Of a stretch of 64,000 bases of DNA, positions 1 to 8,011 are shown in pieces. Both the position numbers and the translations under genes were made by a program. The notes under the pieces are model-generated. The model was given only the letters and a program-made list of their open reading frames with translations, ran no database searches and was not told the DNA's origin. The stretch spans positions 677 to 64,676 of the forward strand of contig JACOXT010000005.1 in the NCBI GenBank assembly GCA_016182235.1, written 5' to 3'. Position 1 is the first letter of the stretch; every line of letters begins with the position of its first letter. The DNA comes from Candidatus Levyibacteriota bacterium. GTDB lineage: Bacteria; Patescibacteriota; Microgenomatia; Levybacterales; UBA12049.

Positions 1-301
1 GATGAAAAAATCGGGAGTATTGATAAATATCGGAAGAGGCGGAGTAGTAAATGAAAAAGAATTAGTTAAGGCTTTAGCTTCTAAAATTATCGCGGGAGCG
101 GCTTTGGATGTAACAGAAGAGGAACCTCTTCCCAAACAAAGTAGGCTTTGGGAGATGGAAAATGTAGTCATAACTCCGCACCATTCTGGTTGGTCAGAAA
201 GATACATGGATCGCGCGATTGATATTTTTGTCCTTAACCTTAAAGCTTACCTCCGAGGAAAGCCCTTGCCAAATCTCGTTGACAAAAAACGGGGATATTA
301 A
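1..301 (+). CDS. D-isomer-specific 2-hydroxyacid dehydrogenase family protein, C-terminal part (5' end outside window)
   Basis: ORF 2-301; INIGRGGVV, AALDV..EEPLP and TPHHSGWS match the NAD-binding/catalytic C-terminal half of this family; first Met probably internal. Confidence 0.8.
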   Translation, partial: MKKSGVLINIGRGGVVNEKELVKALASKIIAGAALDVTEEEPLPKQSRLWEMENVVITPHHSGWSERYMDRAIDIFVLNLKAYLRGKPLPNLVDKKRGY

Positions 302-378
302 TGTCTGAAAATTTGATATTATTTGATGTTGTCTATGTTATTGACAACAAACTATAATAATTATAAAGTGAATAAACA

Positions 379-759
379 ATGAAAAAAACTCAACAAAAAC
401 AACAGGAGGCCATTCTAAGCATCCTTAAACCAATTGCTAAAAGAATAGAAGAAGCAACTGTAGACATACACGAAATGAAAACAGATCTCAAATGGGTAAA
501 TCTTAGACTTAGTAACCTAGAAGGGGACACAAAAATAATGAAAGTTGACATAATAAAAGTGCGCGGAGATATAGACAATATGCGAGGAGATATGAACCAG
601 ATGAGAAGTGTACTAGAAGACAAACTAATAGGAATTGAGAATAGGCTACATAAAAGAATTACTAATGTCGCAGATTTAATTGCAATGTCCCTTGTTAAAG
701 AGTTTAAAACTGTAGATAAGAGGATTAGAAAAATTGAGCTCGCACAGCAACCCGCATAA
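379..759 (+). CDS. hypothetical coiled-coil protein
   Basis: 126-aa ORF with heptad-like charged/hydrophobic pattern (NLEGDTKIMKVDIIKVRGDIDNMRGDMNQMRSVLEDKL); no family recognised. Confidence 0.5.
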   Translation: MKKTQQKQQEAILSILKPIAKRIEEATVDIHEMKTDLKWVNLRLSNLEGDTKIMKVDIIKVRGDIDNMRGDMNQMRSVLEDKLIGIENRLHKRITNVADLIAMSLVKEFKTVDKRIRKIELAQQPA

Positions 760-782
760 CTCTTTTCAAACTATCTTCAAAC

Positions 783-791
783 TGCTAAAAT
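783..791 (+). promoter_or_regulatory. extended -10 element (TGcTAAAAT) 8 nt upstream of the thrS ATG
   Basis: tgc+taaaat at 783-791, ATG at 800; same architecture recurs at about ten other genes in this window. Confidence 0.45.
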
Positions 792-799
792 AAGTTTCA

Positions 800-2026
800 A
801 TGGATAAATTAAAAAACAAAGACCACAAACAAATAGGCCAAGAATTGGAATTATTTTTCACGAACGATATCGCGCCAGGTGCTCCTTTTTGGCTACCAAA
901 GGGAATGACTATCTTTAAGGAACTGGAAAAATATATACGTGAGCTAACAGAAAAAGCAGGATATCAAGAGACTTCAACTCCAATAATGGTAAAATCTCAG
1001 CTTTTTAAAGAATCAGGCCATTGGTCAAAATTTGGCGAGCACAATATGTACAATCTTACTTTATCAGATGAGGCAGATGATACAAAACCAGTAAGTTACA
1101 CATTAAAACCCATGAATTGTCCTGAATCAACCCTTGTCTATAGATTCAGACCTCGAAGTTATAAAGAATTACCATTAAGGTTTTCCGAAATAGGAAGATT
1201 ACACAGGCGAGAAAAATCGGGTGAAGTTAACGGTCTATTAAGAGTAAGACAGCTAACAATGGACGATGCGCATATCTATGCTACAGAGGGTCAGATTTTT
1301 GATGAGGTTTCAAATATTCTAGATATGATGATTGCGTTTTATAAAAATTTTGGTTTTGAATATGAATTTAGATTTGCTACGCGCCCTGAGCAAAGAGCAG
1401 GGGGAGATGAAATATGGGATAAAGCCGAAAAGGATCTAGCGGAAGTGCTTAAAAAAAGGAGAATTAAAGCAGGAGACAAAAAAGGCGATGGGGCTTTTTA
1501 TGGACCAAAAATTGATGTTCATATAAAAGATTCTTTAGGCCGGGAATGGCAACTCGCAACAGTTCAGCTAGATTTTCATCAGCCAGAAGCATTCAGCCTT
1601 ACTTATATTGATAATGACGGTAAAGAGAGAAGACCTGTTATGATTCACAGAGCTATTTTTGGATCTTTTGAAAGATTTATCGCTATATTAACCGAACATT
1701 ATCAAGGCGCTTTCCCTTTGTGGCTATCTCCCATTCAAGTTTCAGTCCTGCCGATTGCGGATAGGCATAACGAACACGCAAAAAAAATAGCCGAAGAATT
1801 AGAAGATAACAACATAAGAGTTGCAATTGATAATAATCAAGAAACGCTGCAGTTAAAGATTCGTAACTCTACTTTACAAAAAGTACCCTATTTAGTTATA
1901 ATAGGGGATAGAGAAGTAGAGAATGGAAATGTCTCGATAAGAACTAGAGAAGGAAAGGACTTAGGACAATTAAAATTATCTTACTTTTTAAATAGATTAA
2001 AAGAAGAAATTGATAAGAAGATTTAG
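800..2026 (+). CDS. thrS: threonyl-tRNA synthetase, catalytic core plus anticodon-binding domain only
   Basis: 408-aa ORF; class II motifs YTLKPMNCP, FSEIGRLHRRE, RVRQLTMDDAHIY, HRAIFGSFERF and a C-terminal anticodon-binding domain; N-terminal TGS/editing region absent. Confidence 0.93.
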   Translation: MDKLKNKDHKQIGQELELFFTNDIAPGAPFWLPKGMTIFKELEKYIRELTEKAGYQETSTPIMVKSQLFKESGHWSKFGEHNMYNLTLSDEADDTKPVSYTLKPMNCPESTLVYRFRPRSYKELPLRFSEIGRLHRREKSGEVNGLLRVRQLTMDDAHIYATEGQIFDEVSNILDMMIAFYKNFGFEYEFRFATRPEQRAGGDEIWDKAEKDLAEVLKKRRIKAGDKKGDGAFYGPKIDVHIKDSLGREWQLATVQLDFHQPEAFSLTYIDNDGKERRPVMIHRAIFGSFERFIAILTEHYQGAFPLWLSPIQVSVLPIADRHNEHAKKIAEELEDNNIRVAIDNNQETLQLKIRNSTLQKVPYLVIIGDREVENGNVSIRTREGKDLGQLKLSYFLNRLKEEIDKKI

Positions 2027-2636
2027 CAAAAAAAGACAAGACAACAGAAGGTTCTATAGGATAAATGAGCGTATTTTTGCAAATACGCTTCGAATTTTGG
2101 ATGCAGAGGGAAAGCAAGTTGGGATTTTTTCTAGATTTGAGGCTTTAAAAAAGGCGCGTGAGAATGGTTTAGATTTGGTGGAAGTTGTTCCGATGGCAAA
2201 TCCGCCGATTGCAAAAATCATAGATTTCAAAAAATTCTTATACCAAGAAGCGAAAAAGAAGAAAGAAGAGAAAAAACGAAGTAAGATTTCAGAAACAAAA
2301 GAGATAAGATTAGGGCCTTTTATGAATGACCATGATCTTCAGGTCATGGTGAGACGAGGCACGGTATTTTTGACAAATAATGACAAAATTAGATTAATTG
2401 TAAAATTTGTCGGACGCCAGATTGCACATCCTGAATTTGGACAAGGTATAATACAAAAGGCAATTGATGGGCTGTCTGGTCTTTCAAAAATTGAAAGACC
2501 GCCTCATTTTGAGGGAAAACAGTTAATCGCGATATTATCACCAGAAAGGAAAGGAGCGCAGTCGCCCAAGGCGACGAGCTCGCCTGCAAGCGAACCCGCG
2601 TCAGACGCGGCGAAGCGGACAGGCGTGGAAACCTGA
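2010..2636 (+). CDS. infC: translation initiation factor IF-3
   Basis: RINERIFANTLRILDAEGKQVGIF, NGLDLVEVVPMANPPIAKIIDFKKFLY, IRLIVKFVGRQIAHPEFG; no in-frame ATG near the 5' end (track start TTG 2010), overlaps thrS by 17 nt; C-terminal tail encoded by a GC-rich hairpin block. Confidence 0.92.
   Translation: MIRRFSKKRQDNRRFYRINERIFANTLRILDAEGKQVGIFSRFEALKKARENGLDLVEVVPMANPPIAKIIDFKKFLYQEAKKKKEEKKRSKISETKEIRLGPFMNDHDLQVMVRRGTVFLTNNDKIRLIVKFVGRQIAHPEFGQGIIQKAIDGLSGLSKIERPPHFEGKQLIAILSPERKGAQSPKATSSPASEPASDAAKRTGVET
2556..2630. repeat. GC-rich block of three consecutive hairpins, translated as the IF-3 C-terminal tail
   Basis: gtcgcc-caa-ggcgac (2561-2575), gctcgcctg/caagcgaac (2578-2595, 7 of 9 pairs), ccgcgtc-a-gacgcgg (2596-2610); compositionally unlike the AT-rich surroundings. 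Confidence 0.6.
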
Positions 2637-2647
2637 TAATAAAGTAA

Positions 2648-2845
2648 ATGAAAAAGAAGAAAATAAAGAGCTCAGTGTCAAAAAGATTTAGAGTAACAAA
2701 AACGGGCAAGGTAATGTTTTCGCATCAATACAAATCTCATTTGAAAATAAATAAGTCGGGAGCAAGACTTCGAAGACAGAAGGAGCCAGGAGTTCTAAAA
2801 GGAAAGTTCGCCAAAAAAATAAAGCAGATGATGGGAAAGGCATAA
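2648..2845 (+). CDS. rpmI: 50S ribosomal protein L35
   Basis: 65-aa basic ORF, KSSVSKRFRVTKTGKV..HQYKSHL; conserved position between infC and rplT. Confidence 0.93.
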   Translation: MKKKKIKSSVSKRFRVTKTGKVMFSHQYKSHLKINKSGARLRRQKEPGVLKGKFAKKIKQMMGKA

Positions 2846-2846
2846 T

Positions 2847-3197
2847 ATGGCTAGAGTTAAAAGGGGAGTAGTATCCCGAAGAAAACATAGGAAAATTTTA
2901 GAGCAAGCCAGTGGCTATCGGGGACTAAGAAGCCGAGCACAAAGAAAAGCTCATGAGGCAATTCTCCATTCGGGAGCTTACGCTTACCATGGAAGAAAAC
3001 TTAGAAAAAGAAATTTCAGAAATCTTTGGAATCTAAGAATAGGGGAGGCGGCAAAGCAAAATGGGTTATCTTACAGCGTCTTTATAAATAAACTTAAAAA
3101 ATCAAAAATTGAGTTGGATCGAAAAATATTGAGTGATCTTGTTGTAAATGACTCAACGACTTTTAAATTCATTCTTGACAGCGTAAAAAATACGTGA
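2847..3197 (+). CDS. rplT: 50S ribosomal protein L20
   Basis: MARVKRGVVSRRKHRKIL..GYRG...AYAYHGRKLRKRNFRNLWNLRI. Confidence 0.95.
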   Translation: MARVKRGVVSRRKHRKILEQASGYRGLRSRAQRKAHEAILHSGAYAYHGRKLRKRNFRNLWNLRIGEAAKQNGLSYSVFINKLKKSKIELDRKILSDLVVNDSTTFKFILDSVKNT

Positions 3198-3210
3198 TAA
3201 AGTTGTTATT

Positions 3211-3242
3211 AACAATGAAGCAATATAGCAATATAACAATTT
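3211..3242. repeat. 8-nt period AT-rich array (aacaatga/agcaatat/agcaatat/aacaattt)
   Basis: caat recurs at 3213, 3221, 3229, 3237; overlaps the start of leader peptide 1. Confidence 0.6.
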
Positions 3243-3268
3243 TTGGTTTTTACTTTACCTTCGCATAA
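3215..3268 (+). CDS. Phe-rich leader peptide MKQYSNITIFGFYFTFA (pheM-like)
   Basis: ATG 3215, TAA 3266-3268; 4 Phe + 1 Tyr codons in the last 9 codons; stop codon abuts attenuator segment A. Confidence 0.6.
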   Translation: MKQYSNITIFGFYFTFA

Positions 3269-3344
3269 GCGGAGGTTGAGTTTAATAGAATAAACATTCA
3301 ACCTCCGGGTGTACTGAAAGGTGCATCAAAGCGGAGGTTTTTTT
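3269..3344 (+). promoter_or_regulatory. three-segment transcription attenuator (antiterminator A:B versus terminator B:C)
   Basis: A cggaggttga 3270-3279; B tcaacctccg 3298-3307; C cggaggtt 3332-3339 followed by T7; A:B and B:C are mutually exclusive. Confidence 0.6.
3300..3344 (+). terminator. intrinsic terminator of attenuator 1
   Basis: aacctccg (3300-3307) pairs with cggaggtt (3332-3339), inner tgtac/gtgca helix, then seven T (3338-3344). Confidence 0.55.
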
Positions 3345-3464
3345 ATGCAGACCTTGTCAAGCGTAAGCGAGACTTAGAGCTGCATAATCCCGCCGAAGTC
3401 CAAAAGGACGAAGGGGGATGTTTATAAAATTGAACTGAGTTCGGTGAAAAGGAGGTGAAAATAT

Positions 3465-3725
3465 ATGTCAGTTGAAAGAAGATGGAGAATGCCAATTCCA
3501 AGACCTTATGTATTAGAGAATGATGTCAAACCAGTTAAGTTAGATTATCATTCAGACAACATTCCTAAATCGCATAGAACTCTCTCAAAGAAAAAACGCT
3601 ATGGCTTTAAAGAAAACTTTCGGCAAGGACTAAGACTGTATGGGGGTAATGTAAGGGTTGATGTTGACCTCACGCAATTGCGACTTAGTCCAACTGTACT
3701 ATTTGGAAAAAGTCCTAATTCATAA
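3465..3725 (+). CDS. hypothetical small basic protein (86 aa)
   Basis: strong Shine-Dalgarno aaaggaggtg 7 nt upstream of ATG 3465, which is rare in this window; no family recognised. Confidence 0.45.
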   Translation: MSVERRWRMPIPRPYVLENDVKPVKLDYHSDNIPKSHRTLSKKKRYGFKENFRQGLRLYGGNVRVDVDLTQLRLSPTVLFGKSPNS

Positions 3726-3776
3726 AAGTCTAAAAACCATTTCTTTAACGTGAAAAGAGGGTAGTTTTGTGTTATT

Positions 3777-3826
3777 CTAAAAGTATGGAAGAAAGCCTGA
3801 TGCAGATCAAAAACTCTGCGGTTTGA
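3777..3826 (+). pseudogene. duplicated 5' fragment of pheS (upstream 9 nt plus first 13 codons, then stop)
   Basis: 36 nt tatggaagaaagcctgatgcagatcaaaaactctgc identical to 8010-8045; ctaaaagtatg also shared with 7987-7997; copy 1 lacks the 17 nt ataatcttatatttatg of the real locus. Confidence 0.8.
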
Positions 3827-3858
3827 CAACCATAAAGCAATCTGATATTATAACAATA

Positions 3859-3942
3859 ATGAAAATCAATTACAGCACTAACCATTTTTGGTTTCATTTT
3901 TATCCTCTCAATGGGGAGGTCGTTGCTGTTTTGAATTCATAA
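3859..3942 (+). CDS. second Phe-rich leader peptide MKINYSTNHFWFHFYPLNGEVVAVLNS
   Basis: ATG 3859, TAA 3940-3942; HFWFHFY block (3 Phe, Trp, Tyr) just upstream of segment A; ORF reads through segment A. Confidence 0.5.
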   Translation: MKINYSTNHFWFHFYPLNGEVVAVLNS

Positions 3943-3995
3943 CAGCATAAGCAAGATAACTTGCGTAACGAACCTCCCAAACGGGAGGTTTTTTT
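3913..3995 (+). promoter_or_regulatory. second three-segment attenuator, upstream of the 962-aa gene
   Basis: A gggaggtcgtt 3914-3924; B aacgaacctccc 3967-3978 (one bulged A); C gggaggtt 3983-3990 followed by T7. Confidence 0.55.
3971..3995 (+). terminator. intrinsic terminator of attenuator 2
   Basis: aacctccc-aaac-gggaggtt then seven T (3989-3995); 8-bp GC-rich stem, 4-nt loop. Confidence 0.65.
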
Positions 3996-4006
3996 GTGAT
4001 AAAAAA

Positions 4007-6895
4007 GTGAATTATATGAGCAGGGAAACTTTAGATATAAATACAAATAATTCAAACTCTGAGAACCCATTTTCTAATGAAGTTGGGAAACGTCAAAGAC
4101 TTATTGCTTCTGTGCAAAAGTTAGGTGACTTGAGAGAGTACACAGAAAGTAGCGCAAATGCCATAGGATCTTTAGAAGCTGAGGAGACGATAATAGCCAA
4201 CGCTCCATCTCTGGGACTTATTATTAATGGATCCCTTAAAGCTGCTAAAGGTGGCAGAATTAATGGAAACTCGGGTTTAGAGTCTCGTGTTGCCTCATTA
4301 CCACCTACGCAAGTAGATCAGGCTCAAGCACAAATTGATCTGCTGCTAAATACCATATCAGTTATCGGTAGTCTTGCTTCCGCCAGACGACTAGAACCAT
4401 ACTTGCCAGTTGTACTCCCTAGAACTCAAGCAGGATTTAAAACTTTAAGGCAGATCGCTGAGCAGTATGCTGAAACAATACCTCTTCCGGATAATGGATC
4501 AGGGGATATTCCTACGGCATTAAGGGTGTTAATGAATCTCGATGAGCAGTTAAGGATTGAAGGTTTAAAAGATCCAATTGTCGTTGAGGCTTTAAGTGTT
4601 TCTGCGAGACAACTAGCACAGGTGAGGTTGGAAAAGTCAAAAATAGATGGATCTGAACAAGTTTCTAAAATTAGGGCAGAACTAGCTCAACAGAGAATTT
4701 ATGCTTTGAAAAGAGAACCCGTTGAAGTACCTGGCACTCGTGGATTTTCAAGATATGAAGTTTTAGCGAATCAAATTATTGAAAGAGAGGGTTTATTTGC
4801 TCAAACTGACTCTGCTAGAGCCGAAGCAGAAGCCAGACTCAAAAGAGAGCAAGAAACAGTTTTAAATGTTATTGCTAAGAAGAGAGCAATTGGAACTGTA
4901 ATATCTTTAATTGATCAAGATCCTCTTTTATGCCAAGTATTAGCTCAAAGATCACGCCTTAATCCTGATGATTTATTAACAGCTGATCTGGGTAAAAAGA
5001 GACTGATTGCCAACAATGCTCTAAACGCTAAAAAGATTATTCTGTCCGTTGAAGATCGAAGGATGTTTAATGGACAGACTGTGATCGCAGAGGAAAGAGC
5101 AAAATTGACACAAGCCTTACTCGATCCATTATCTTTTATCGCTAGACTTACTGATGATGAATTATTAGTTATTCGGACGGGAATCTCTAAGATTTCAGAT
5201 GAGCGTTCGATATACGAATTAGCCGGTGAAAGGCTAAAAAAACAATTAGAGGATGAGGTTACAGATAGTGAGATAATTTCTGCTCTCACAGGAATACTTT
5301 CAGAACAAATACTCGTTGCCAGAGCCCCAGATGCTGTAAATGCTGCAATAGCAGAGTTGGGTATTGATGGAAGTTCGGTACTGAAAGATCCTAGCAAGCT
5401 TGATCAGTTGAAGGATGAAATAATTGCTCGTGGATTAGAATTAGTGGTTTCCGCTTCACAGGAAGAAACAAATGTAGGAAGAGCGCTTACCATAACAGAT
5501 TCCGAGAGGAGAAGGCAAAGAGAAGTCTCTCTAGCTTTAATGAGGGCACGAGAGTCAAATAGTAGAGCCTCAGATACAGAAGCTAGGTTACTTTTGGATC
5601 AAAGTATTGAAGAACCTGGCACTGATAGTTTAGGTGTTATAAAGCTAAGAGAGGATATTAAATCTACTTTAGGTCCATTCCAAACTTATCCAGAATATAA
5701 AACTACATATCCACGAGTAGTTACTCAGGCTTTAGAAAATTTGTATGGGGAATATAATCAGGCTTTTCGTCGTTTGGTCGCTGCCAATAAAGAATTCGAT
5801 ACAGAGTATCAATATTGTCTTTCACCCGATGGAACGCCTATAAACAGCTTCGTTCAAATTGATATGGTTGGATTACCAGCTGGGTTTTTGGAGCAAGCAG
5901 AAACTTTAAGAGAAGAGGATGTTAGGGAAGCTTTAAGAGGCCGAATCTTTGAAATAGAAAATTCTATAGCAATGTATTCGCTTTTAGAATACTTCTTTTC
6001 AGATGGAACACAAGATACTCTTTTTAAGAGGCAATTCCGCGGCGGTTTAGACGACATTAGACAAAAATATGGGCGACCAATCGCCCTATTGGCTGCTACT
6101 GATCAAAAATATCAGGCAATGAGAGAGACTGAATTCGGCAAAAGAGATGGTGAGCCATTAACCGATGACGAGGTGAGTGAGTATTCAGGATTTGATAAGT
6201 TCTTTTCTCCTGAGGAGTTCAAAAAATATTTAGAGGAAAATGGTGGGGAGTCTAGCTATCTTCTATATGTGCGCTCTTCCGATCCTGTAGCGAAGATGAA
6301 AAGGCCAGATTTGGTAATTGATGAGGAGCTTTTAGCAGATGAAAACTTAAGAAGAATAATTAAAGCAAATGCGCTTACTTTTAACATTGATAATCCTAAC
6401 TTGCCAATCGGAGATAGTAGACGCATAAATGATACCAAGGAATATCTTGGTGCAATGGGCATGGCTTTTCCAGTTTTTTATGGAGAGGATCTTACTTCTC
6501 CTGAGTTTAACTCCTATTTGAGATCGCAAGGTGTAGATCCAACACAAGTGGAATCCGGAGAGAGACTTTTGCGTGCTAAACCTATGAAAGGAACTTATGG
6601 AGGATATGGTCATTTTCGAGGAACCCCAGGAGATGCAAGGTTTAGACGGGAATTAAGAGACGCTTTGTTAAAAAGAGGCTCGTACGTTGTCCAGCCTGAG
6701 TTACAAAATCCTACGATAACAAACCAAGACGATGGACGCTCTTATATGTATATCGATAGAGTCTTTTTCTCCAATGATGGTCAAAATTATCGATTTATGG
6801 GTGGCGAAAGAACACTAATGCCTATTGATTCTATTGAGGCTCAAAATAATAGGGTTCATGGAAATAGTTCCTCAGTTTATGCTGAAATAATATAG
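4007..6895 (+). CDS. large hypothetical protein (962 aa) with C-terminal ATP-grasp-like domain
   Basis: GTG 4007 or ATG 4016; long helical N-terminal two thirds unassigned; C-terminus has LRAKPMKGTYGGYGHFRG, GSYVVQPELQ, YIDRVFF..YRFMGGERTLMP..NNRVHGNSSSVYAEI, resembling ATP-grasp (glutathionylspermidine-synthase/circularly-permuted type) motifs; looks G+C-richer than its neighbours. Confidence 0.6.
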   Translation: MNYMSRETLDINTNNSNSENPFSNEVGKRQRLIASVQKLGDLREYTESSANAIGSLEAEETIIANAPSLGLIINGSLKAAKGGRINGNSGLESRVASLPPTQVDQAQAQIDLLLNTISVIGSLASARRLEPYLPVVLPRTQAGFKTLRQIAEQYAETIPLPDNGSGDIPTALRVLMNLDEQLRIEGLKDPIVVEALSVSARQLAQVRLEKSKIDGSEQVSKIRAELAQQRIYALKREPVEVPGTRGFSRYEVLANQIIEREGLFAQTDSARAEAEARLKREQETVLNVIAKKRAIGTVISLIDQDPLLCQVLAQRSRLNPDDLLTADLGKKRLIANNALNAKKIILSVEDRRMFNGQTVIAEERAKLTQALLDPLSFIARLTDDELLVIRTGISKISDERSIYELAGERLKKQLEDEVTDSEIISALTGILSEQILVARAPDAVNAAIAELGIDGSSVLKDPSKLDQLKDEIIARGLELVVSASQEETNVGRALTITDSERRRQREVSLALMRARESNSRASDTEARLLLDQSIEEPGTDSLGVIKLREDIKSTLGPFQTYPEYKTTYPRVVTQALENLYGEYNQAFRRLVAANKEFDTEYQYCLSPDGTPINSFVQIDMVGLPAGFLEQAETLREEDVREALRGRIFEIENSIAMYSLLEYFFSDGTQDTLFKRQFRGGLDDIRQKYGRPIALLAATDQKYQAMRETEFGKRDGEPLTDDEVSEYSGFDKFFSPEEFKKYLEENGGESSYLLYVRSSDPVAKMKRPDLVIDEELLADENLRRIIKANALTFNIDNPNLPIGDSRRINDTKEYLGAMGMAFPVFYGEDLTSPEFNSYLRSQGVDPTQVESGERLLRAKPMKGTYGGYGHFRGTPGDARFRRELRDALLKRGSYVVQPELQNPTITNQDDGRSYMYIDRVFFSNDGQNYRFMGGERTLMPIDSIEAQNNRVHGNSSSVYAEII

Positions 6896-6904
6896 AATTA
6901 ACAT

Positions 6905-7978
6905 ATGTTAAATAAAATTGTAAATTTAACCAAAGAGTTTGTTTCCGTTAAATCAAACTCAGATAATCCAGCTGAATTAGATAAGATATTAGAAATTGCC
7001 TTGTCGAACCTGAAGGAATTTACGATTGAGCGATTTACGAACAAAGGTGTTAAAAGCGCCTTAGTTTACAATTCCAAAAAAAGACCCTCAAAATTTAGGA
7101 TTATCCTAAATGGACATTTAGATGTGATTCCAGGAAAAGATTATCAGTATTCGCCGAAGATTAAGAACGACAAACTTTATGGTGTCGGTTCGATGGATAT
7201 GAAAGCCAGCGTGGCTTGTCTTATCATGGTTTTTAAGGAAGTGGCAGAAAAGGTTGATTATCATCTTGCTTTACAGCTAGTTACTGACGAGGAAATTGGA
7301 GGATTTAACGGCACAAAATTTCAGATAGAAAAAGGTGTAAAAGCTGATTTTGTGATTGCCGGTGAGAGCACTGGCTTACAGATTGCAAATAGGGCGAAAG
7401 GGATTTTACAAGTAAAGATTTCTACCAAAGGTAAAACTGCTCATGGAGCCTACCCGTGGAAAGGAAAGAATGCCATTTGGAAAATGAACCAATTTCTCAA
7501 CTCACTATTAAAAAAGTATCCAATTCCTTCTCGTCAAGAATGGGTAACAACGGTTAATTTGAGTAGGATCAAAACAACAAATACGTCTTTGAATAAGATT
7601 CCAGATGACTGTGAAATCTTGCTCGACATTCGATATGTTCCAGAGGAAGCAGATACTATTGTTAATGACATAAAAGAATTTCTACCCAAAGGCTTTAAGA
7701 TGGATATCTTTGAAAAAGAACCATCTCTGTTTGTCGATGACAAAAACCAATACTTAAAAATGCTCCAGAGCGTAGTCAAGCAAACTACTAAGAAGAAAGT
7801 ACGATTTTATGGTGCGCAGGGATCTTCCGATGCAAGACATTTTACGCGGGTATGTATTGATGGAATTGAATTTGGACCAATAGGTGGAGGTATTGGAACC
7901 GACAACGAATGGGTAAGTATAGAAAGTATAAAAACATATTACGACATATTAAAAACTTTTTTGCTAAAGTTAAAATAG
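6905..7978 (+). CDS. M20 family metallohydrolase (ArgE/DapE/ACY1-like deacylase/peptidase)
   Basis: LNGHLDVIPG, GVGSMDMKAS, LVTDEEIGG, AGESTG, TAHGAYPWKG metal-binding and catalytic motifs. Confidence 0.85.
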   Translation: MLNKIVNLTKEFVSVKSNSDNPAELDKILEIALSNLKEFTIERFTNKGVKSALVYNSKKRPSKFRIILNGHLDVIPGKDYQYSPKIKNDKLYGVGSMDMKASVACLIMVFKEVAEKVDYHLALQLVTDEEIGGFNGTKFQIEKGVKADFVIAGESTGLQIANRAKGILQVKISTKGKTAHGAYPWKGKNAIWKMNQFLNSLLKKYPIPSRQEWVTTVNLSRIKTTNTSLNKIPDDCEILLDIRYVPEEADTIVNDIKEFLPKGFKMDIFEKEPSLFVDDKNQYLKMLQSVVKQTTKKKVRFYGAQGSSDARHFTRVCIDGIEFGPIGGGIGTDNEWVSIESIKTYYDILKTFLLKLK

Positions 7979-8011
7979 TGCAATAACTAAAAGTATGATA
8001 ATCTTATATTT

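Noticed and set aside
2389-2888. Minus-strand ORFs 2389-2709 and 2688-2888
   Set aside because: They are antisense to infC, rpmI and rplT, which are unambiguous, and no independent support exists.
4945-6613. Several minus-strand ORFs (4945-5397, 5854-6057, 6256-6462, 6347-6613)
   Set aside because: All lie antisense within the 962-aa gene, have low-complexity Ser/Leu-rich translations and no start context. They are treated as shadow ORFs.
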